From: Gammaproteobacteria bacterium
GTDB lineage: Bacteria > Pseudomonadota > Gammaproteobacteria > Eutrophobiales > Eutrophobiaceae
Assembly (NCBI GenBank): GCA_965116495.1
Contig: OZ220696.1
Location: 3,296,001-3,360,000 of the forward strand
Direction: 5' to 3'
Length of the DNA: 64,000 nt
Within the stretch, counting starts at the first letter, position 1. Each line of letters starts with the position of its first letter. Position numbers and translations under genes: made by a program. Below the pieces are notes generated by a model. The model saw nothing but the letters and a program-made list of their open reading frames with translations, was not told the DNA's origin and did not search any database. This document shows, in pieces, positions 61,549 to 64,000 of the stretch.

Positions 61549-62048
61549 CAGGCAACTCTGTGCATATTGGAAGGTGTTCGCTTCGTTGTACTTTGCTTAA
61601 CTTCTCATCTAACGCACCAGTGCACTTTTTGACCCAAGCATTTATATAGAGGTAGTCAATATGAGCTACATCGTATATACAATACTCTGTAATACACTCT
61701 CAGTATTTACGGCAAAATGTGACTTTTCTCACATTTCCACTGATTCTTAACTGTCCAACTCATCCTGATCAGGTAAAATCAGTATCGCCATAAGGAAACA
61801 AGGCAATGGTCACTCAGGTCTGACGGGAATAAACCCGTACCGACCTCGGAAGACCGGTCGAATGGAACTCGAAAATGTATCCATGCTGTTGTTTTATGCG
61901 TTCCTCTGTGCCCGAGGGCGGCCAGGTTTGTGTTCGCCAGGCCAGGGATCAGGGACAGCCTGAGGGCACCAGGGGAACGGTTATACATATTCACCTGCCC
62001 CACTGCTTTTTCCGGCAAGGGATTGAATAAAAAATAAGAGAAAAATTG

Positions 62049-63350
62049 TCAAGTGGTTATCCAAGGGTTGTTGGTGTCTCCCCACAGGCAACTTATCGGC
62101 AGGGCGTATCTCCTCTCCCCGAAAGTCAGTTTCTTATCGCCAAGGTAAAATACGATGGAGGTAACATTCCGACGTTTGCCTGGCCCGGCGTTGCGGAACC
62201 AGTTCAAGTGCCTGAAGTCCTCCGCGTTCACTGACGAGGACGCTTTTACTTCAATTGCCACCAGGTGGTTCGCGCTTTCAGCGAGTATATCAATTTCACG
62301 TCCTCTCTGATCGCGCCAGTGATAGAAGCGAAAACTGTTTTCCTGGAAAGGTGCTGAGCGTATCAATTCTGACAGGACAAAGCTCTCAACCAGGCCGCCG
62401 AGTGCGGACGGGCTGGCATCGGCGTTGAAAGAATCCGGTCTCAGGTTGCGTAGTGCGGCAGCAATGCCTGTATCCACAAAATGATTTTTCGAGTTCTTGA
62501 TTTCGCGCCGGCTTTCGCCGGATGTCCAGGCTCCGAGTCTGGTGACAACTGAGAGTTTCAACAGAACATCAAGATACTGTTCCGTGGTTTTCCTCTGTAC
62601 GCCGACCAGTCCGCATAACTCTGCAATGTTGAGCTCCGTACCGGTGCGAACGGCTAGTTGATCGATCATACGACGCAGTGCATCAGTCTTGCGCACGCGC
62701 AGGATATCTGCAATGTCTCTGTCAACCACGGCATCCACGTAATTTCGATATGCAGCCTGCCTGGGGGCCAGCGGGTAACCCTTGATTTCCGGATATCCAC
62801 CGCGCAGCACGAGATCGATATAGCCGGCGCGCGTCAATGGCTCTGCCGGGGGTAAACTCTTTAAATCAAGGGAGTTTGAGACAGCCCAATCCAGCAGACT
62901 GCACGACGGCTGTGATTTTGTTTCAGCGATTGTCAAAGGCCAGAGCTTCAGGGTCATCACGCGCCCGGCCAGCGAGTCCATTATGTTTGCTGACGTAAAC
63001 AAGTTGGATGACCCGGTCAGGATAAACTGACCCTTGCGCCTGTTGACATCGACAATCATCTTAATCGCCAGCGCCAGCTTCTTTGAACGTTGCGCTTCAT
63101 CAATGATGAGAGGCGCATCGGCAACATCATCCAGCAGGCTTTCCAGTTGCCCTGACGGGTCGTCCTCTATGGCATTGAGCGTATTCTGGTCATCCAGCGT
63201 GATAAACTTACCCATATTCAGAATATCTCTGACGAGCGTTGTCTTTCCTGCTTGTCTGGGTCCGATAATGTTCACCACACGGGAGTAAGTGAGCGCTTCC
63301 AGTAACCTGGCACTCAGGTGACGAGGAAGAATGGAATTGTCATTCAGCAT
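62049..63350 (-). CDS. AAA ATPase (AAA_14)-DUF4143 protein, copy 3
   Basis: GPRQAGKT, IDEAQR, LTGS, DSLAGR, GGYPE, K..K..FVDTG and WRD..GREID...IEVK motifs. Confidence 0.9.
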   Translation of the reverse strand: MLNDNSILPRHLSARLLEALTYSRVVNIIGPRQAGKTTLVRDILNMGKFITLDDQNTLNAIEDDPSGQLESLLDDVADAPLIIDEAQRSKKLALAIKMIVDVNRRKGQFILTGSSNLFTSANIMDSLAGRVMTLKLWPLTIAETKSQPSCSLLDWAVSNSLDLKSLPPAEPLTRAGYIDLVLRGGYPEIKGYPLAPRQAAYRNYVDAVVDRDIADILRVRKTDALRRMIDQLAVRTGTELNIAELCGLVGVQRKTTEQYLDVLLKLSVVTRLGAWTSGESRREIKNSKNHFVDTGIAAALRNLRPDSFNADASPSALGGLVESFVLSELIRSAPFQENSFRFYHWRDQRGREIDILAESANHLVAIEVKASSSVNAEDFRHLNWFRNAGPGKRRNVTSIVFYLGDKKLTFGERRYALPISCLWGDTNNPWITT

Positions 63351-63365
63351 ATAGGGACAGTTTTT

Positions 63366-63426
63366 TATGGTGAAAATGGTATTATTGTATATGGTGAAAA
63401 TTGTACTATAATATTGGTGAAAGTGT
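63366..63426. repeat. Three degenerate direct repeats (TGGTGAAA core) at 23-24 bp period upstream of ATPase copy 3
   Basis: tatggtgaaaatggtattat / tatggtgaaaattgtactat / ttggtgaaagtgt; GGTGAAA at 63369, 63393 and 63416. Confidence 0.75.
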
Positions 63427-63491
63427 CAATAGAGCCTTTTGGTACGCTGAATTGTCATTGATGAAGCAGTGATACAATCGGAAAAAGCAAA

Positions 63492-64000
63492 ATGTCTTTA
63501 GGACCGATAATGCTCGACCTGCGCGGCATTGAGTTACAGCCGGATGAGCGGGAAATGCTGTTACACCCGCTGGTGGGTGGGGTGATCCTGTTTGCCCGGA
63601 ACTTCCAGGACCCGGAGACGTTGATTTCCCTGACGTCCCAAATCCACGACCTGCGCAGCCCCCCGTTGCTGATTGCCGTTGATCATGAAGGAGGAAAGGT
63701 GCAGCGTTTTCACCGGGGTTTTACCCGTTTGCCGCCCAACCGTTGTTTCGGCGATCTCTACGGACTGGACGAGAAAAGAGCCCTGGCCCTGGTTGAAAAC
63801 AACGGCTGGTTGCTGGCAAGTGAACTGCTTTCAGTCGGTGTCGATTTCAGTTTTACCCCAGTGCTGGACCTGGATTCCGGCATCAGTTCCTTCCTCGGAG
63901 ACCGCGTTTACCATCGTTCACCCGAAGTTGTTGCGCACCTGGGACAGCGTTTGATGAAAGGAATGCATAATGCCGGCATGAGGGCGGTAGGCAAGCATTT
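63492..64000 (+). CDS. nagZ: Beta-N-acetylhexosaminidase, N-terminal part (runs off window; not in ORF track)
   Basis: Manual translation MSLGPIMLDL.G...HPLVGGVILFARN...IAVDHEGGKVQRF...FTPVLD...GDR...VGKHF. Confidence 0.93.
   Translation, partial: MSLGPIMLDLRGIELQPDEREMLLHPLVGGVILFARNFQDPETLISLTSQIHDLRSPPLLIAVDHEGGKVQRFHRGFTRLPPNRCFGDLYGLDEKRALALVENNGWLLASELLSVGVDFSFTPVLDLDSGISSFLGDRVYHRSPEVVAHLGQRLMKGMHNAGMRAVGKH

Noticed and set aside
61560-62040. Small ORF (61779-62018) or ncRNA in a ~480-bp gap
   Set aside because: No recognisable protein motif or convincing RNA structure by eye; would need an Rfam/BLAST search.
63673-63954. 93-aa ORF in the track
   Set aside because: Alternative frame inside nagZ.

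Overview
A bacterial chromosomal segment that looks gammaproteobacterial: housekeeping genes include mtnA, trxB, leuA, rimI, cysM, rlmD, galE and nagZ. The left edge is an IS1634-family element that has truncated a threonine aldolase gene. About 15.6-43.8 kb is a large catabolic region for aromatic and N-heterocyclic compounds with no dedicated regulator gene. It holds four Rieske oxygenases (two CarAa/OxoO-type, two each followed by an uncharacterised ~110-aa protein), a Rieske ferredoxin with no canonical reductase, an extradiol dioxygenase, a meta-cleavage hydrolase, 2-aminophenol 1,6-dioxygenase (amnBA), 2-aminomuconate deaminase and many amidohydrolases. Three divergent AAA ATPase/DUF4143 nuclease-fold genes each carry their own upstream repeat structure, one a 5 x 23-bp tandem array. 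Also present are two type II TA loci (one with a frameshifted toxin), a candidate Leu-rich leader peptide whose codons can pair with the leuA Shine-Dalgarno, a polysaccharide cluster with three sulfotransferases, and several families of REP/MITE-like palindromes, some in-frame within genes. I recognised no rRNA, tRNA or CRISPR array. All family assignments come from motif recognition by eye; no database search was run.
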